Shown: piece by piece, positions 61,397-64,000 of the stretch
Position numbering within the stretch: position 1 is the first letter of the stretch
Layout of the letters: each line of letters begins with the position of its first letter
NCBI GenBank assembly: GCA_963765765.1
Contig: CAVXYC010000028.1
Span: 64,001-128,000, forward strand
Length of the DNA: 64,000 nt
Source: an uncultured Chloroflexia bacterium
Lineage (GTDB): Bacteria; Chloroflexota; UBA6077; JACCZL01
Direction: 5' to 3'
Translations under genes and position numbers: made by a program
Notes under the pieces: generated by a model
Seen by the model: the letters and a program-made list of their open reading frames with translations, nothing else
Database searches by the model: none
Told to the model about the DNA's origin: nothing

Positions 61397-62919
61397 ACGA
61401 CCGTCTGCTCTGTGGACGTGAGCGCTCTAGACAGCTCGGCCACGGGCACGAGCCGTTCTTCCCGCTGCTCCATGTCTCGCAGTAGCACCATCGCATCAGC
61501 GCGCTCCCGAGCGCCTATCAAGACGAGGTGACGCACACCCGCGCGGTCGGCGTGTCGCAAATTGCCACGCACGCCTCGATACCGCAGATCCAGCTCAACG
61601 CGGTGCCCCTGTTCTCTGAGTGTCTGCGAGATCCTGATTGCATCTGGAGTGTCCTCCTGCTCGATCGGGGCCACCAGGATGGTTTCGACATTCGCGCTCG
61701 ATGGAGCGCCGCGCTCCTGTTCCAGCGCCAGCTCAACTCGTTCCAGGCCGAAGGAAAAGCCACATGCTGGCACCTGCGCTCTCCCGCCCAGCGCGCGCAC
61801 CAGACCGTCATAGCGCCCACCCCCGCAGAGTTGAACGGGTCCGCGCGGTCCATCGTGATACATCTCGAAGACGAGCCCGGTGTAGTAGCGCAATCCACGG
61901 GCGAGGCTGAGGTCCACAACGATGTTATGGCCGCTGTAACCATACGCATCGAACACGTCCAGCACACGCTCCACCTCGTCAAGCGGCGTCGAATGAAGGC
62001 CGTGTTCCTTAAAGATGGCGCGCGTCGCGGGAAGCGCGGACTCCAACGGACCCGCGGCGCGATGCAGCGCCAGTACACACTCCATGGCGCGATCCACCTG
62101 GTCTATCAACTTCCGACGCTCACCCTTACGCAGGAGCCGCTGCACGATCTCTTCCGGGGTGCGAGTGCTTCCCTCGAGACCGAAACTGGCACGCTCCAGC
62201 AGGTCAATGGTCATCCGGGTGGCGTCGCCCGGCCCCAGCTCATCCAACAAGGTGCTCGGGCTGGCGCCGTCCGGTTCACCAGAAGGCGCTCCCAGTAGAT
62301 CGAGCATGCGCTCTCGAACAGCACCGCGGTCGGCGGACCGATGGATAAGCATCTCCATATGACCCAGAATCACCGACTGGGCATGCTCTTCCAACCCAAG
62401 CTGTTGAAGTGATTCCAGCACCGCGCCAAGGTGACCAACCACTATACGATGCCCGGTGAGACCGATGCGCTCTAACGCGCCGCAAGCAATCGCCAGCACC
62501 TCAGCATCTGCATCGGGGGCGGGTCCACCGACACATTCCAAACCCACTTCGGTGAACTGGCGGTATCGCCCCCGCTGAGGCTTCTCGTATCGAAATGTCG
62601 GCCCAGCGTAGTACAGCCGCGTTGGTAACGGCTGGTCCTGGAGGTGGTTGACGTAGGCACGCATCACGGATGCGGTGAACTCGGGACGCAAGCACAACCG
62701 CCGGTTCCAGTGGGTGAACGTGTACATCCGAGCGGCTATCTCTTCGCCCGACTTACGAAGGAAGAGATCGAGATTCTCGAGTACCGGTGTGCTGATGGGT
62801 CGATACCCGTATGACTCGAAGTGTTGGAGGAGCTCCGACTGGAGCGAATCGAGCCGCGCGGCGCGGTCCGGCAGCAGGTCTAACGTGCCGCGCACGCGCT
62901 GAATCTCAGATATCTCCAT
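61393..62919 (-). CDS. hisS: Histidyl-tRNA synthetase or HisZ-like protein with anticodon-binding domain
   Basis: LRPEFT, motif 2 FRYEKPQRGRYRQF, RGLRYYTG, GGGRYDG, motif 3 GFSFGLER, C-terminal HGTP domain; ATG 62919. Confidence 0.8.
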   Translation of the reverse strand: MEISEIQRVRGTLDLLPDRAARLDSLQSELLQHFESYGYRPISTPVLENLDLFLRKSGEEIAARMYTFTHWNRRLCLRPEFTASVMRAYVNHLQDQPLPTRLYYAGPTFRYEKPQRGRYRQFTEVGLECVGGPAPDADAEVLAIACGALERIGLTGHRIVVGHLGAVLESLQQLGLEEHAQSVILGHMEMLIHRSADRGAVRERMLDLLGAPSGEPDGASPSTLLDELGPGDATRMTIDLLERASFGLEGSTRTPEEIVQRLLRKGERRKLIDQVDRAMECVLALHRAAGPLESALPATRAIFKEHGLHSTPLDEVERVLDVFDAYGYSGHNIVVDLSLARGLRYYTGLVFEMYHDGPRGPVQLCGGGRYDGLVRALGGRAQVPACGFSFGLERVELALEQERGAPSSANVETILVAPIEQEDTPDAIRISQTLREQGHRVELDLRYRGVRGNLRHADRAGVRHLVLIGARERADAMVLLRDMEQREERLVPVAELSRALTSTEQTVV

Positions 62920-63135
62920 CCGTCCGGCGGCCACCCTCTCACGAAAAACGCTTTCGGATTCTAACATGGCCCGATTGACGCTCTGAGAGGCGCAAGCGTC
63001 CTCGTCCCCTAACAGAGAGCTGGGGCGCGGGTGGAGCGGATGGGGTCTACTGGCAACCCGCACCTCAACCATCTGCCGGGGCGAGGGAGCTAATTCCGGG
63101 GCGCCAGCGACGATAACCTTGAGCACAATTCAGAT

Positions 63136-63981
63136 TTGCTGCACACTCCGCGCATGAGAATCGATGAGTCTTCGCCGCGGATCTATCTGATCATCATGCT
63201 GCTCGCCGTGCTTCTCATCGGCGCGTCCCTCAGCTATGTACTGGTCGGAGCTTGCAGGACTCGTACGCGCACTGGCCTCACCGTAGTGCAGGCGCTGCGG
63301 AGCGTCTGGGCCGCGGGGCTTACAACGCTCTTCCCATCGCGCTGCGTAGGCTGCGGGAGAAGGGATAGCGATCTCTGTTCCGAATGTCGATCTGGACTGG
63401 AGCGGCTACCAGAACGTCGATGCCCACACTGCGCGGCGCCTCCCGGTCGATTAGGAGTCTGCGAGCGATGCCGTACACACCGCATCCACCTGGACTCAGT
63501 ACGAGTGGATCTCGTGTTCGATGGTCCGTTGCGGAACGCGATTCACACGCTGAAATACAAACAGGGCACTTACCTCGTACCCGTGCTGCGGGATCTATGT
63601 CTTCAGACGGTTCAGGCTAGACCGCTCAAACCGGATGCGCTCGTTCCGGTACCCATTGGCCCACGGCGGCTTAGGGAGCGGGGTTACAACCAAGCAGAGC
63701 TCCTGGCCGAAGCTATCGGAAAAGTCATGAATGTGCCGATAATGCCGGTGCTGGAGCGCATTAAAGAAGGCCCATCACAGACTCAGCTCAATGTCGCCCA
63801 GCGACGCGCAAACGTGCGTGACGCGTTCCGGGTGCGCGCAGATCTGAACCCAGATGGCCTTCGATTGCTTGTAATCGATGACGTCATGACGACTGGCGCT
63901 ACACTCGATGCGTGTGCTCGCATGCTCAAGAGCTCCGGCGCTGCGAAGGTCTTTGGGATGACTATTGCCCGGGAGGTCTGA
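63136..63981 (+). CDS. comF: ComF-family amidophosphoribosyltransferase (true start may be near 63286)
   Basis: CxxC zinc ribbons, RGYNQAELLA, IDDVMTTGAT. Confidence 0.9.
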   Translation: MLHTPRMRIDESSPRIYLIIMLLAVLLIGASLSYVLVGACRTRTRTGLTVVQALRSVWAAGLTTLFPSRCVGCGRRDSDLCSECRSGLERLPERRCPHCAAPPGRLGVCERCRTHRIHLDSVRVDLVFDGPLRNAIHTLKYKQGTYLVPVLRDLCLQTVQARPLKPDALVPVPIGPRRLRERGYNQAELLAEAIGKVMNVPIMPVLERIKEGPSQTQLNVAQRRANVRDAFRVRADLNPDGLRLLVIDDVMTTGATLDACARMLKSSGAAKVFGMTIAREV

Positions 63982-64000
63982 TACGCCGCCCCTCTGTTTG

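Noticed and set aside
62920-62945. T-box element upstream of hisS (GAGGGTGGCCGCCG on the minus strand)
   Set aside because: It lies just downstream of a TGTTAGAAT -10, leaving no room for Stem I or a terminator; more likely the RBS region
62920-63126. N-terminal extension of HisS in the 577-aa ORF
   Set aside because: Family similarity begins at MEISEIQRVRGT, and the extension overlaps the putative promoter

Overview
GC-rich (about 60% by eye) chromosomal window, probably from an uncultured Chloroflexota bacterium (inference from the GuaB3-type IMPDH, the N-terminally extended GuaA and overall gene content). Most of it is housekeeping: an AAA+/VWA pair, two-component systems, pncB, an ECF sigma/anti-sigma pair, cell-wall enzymes, 2-oxoacid dehydrogenase E1-beta/E2/lipA, mrdA, pfkA, tRNA-Ala, rsmI-tatD-polyprenyl synthase, guaB-guaA-purD-purB-purC-purS, hisS/Z-hisG-hisD-hisC-hisB and comF. 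At least eight genes are split by small indels, including core guaA and purC, which points to long-read consensus errors rather than real pseudogenes. The main candidates for undescribed biology are: (1) a compact, translationally coupled parA-ftsZ operon outside any dcw cluster, whose FtsZ has an N-terminal extension; (2) a histidine kinase fused through about 5 TM helices to a sulfatase-like domain that has lost catalytic residues; (3) a complete 2-hydroxyisobutyryl-CoA mutase cluster (meaH-hcmA-hcmB-hcl) recognisable from active-site residues; (4) tandem NrdR-box-like sites plus a terminator-ended structured leader upstream of the purine operon; (5) a Rieske dioxygenase with a small non-Fe-S gene between its alpha and beta subunits, next to tandem paralogs of unknown function and a vestigial tRNA-Ala integration site; (6) a HisRS/HisZ-intermediate protein paired with a long-form HisG. 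All calls come from motif recognition by eye; no searches were run.
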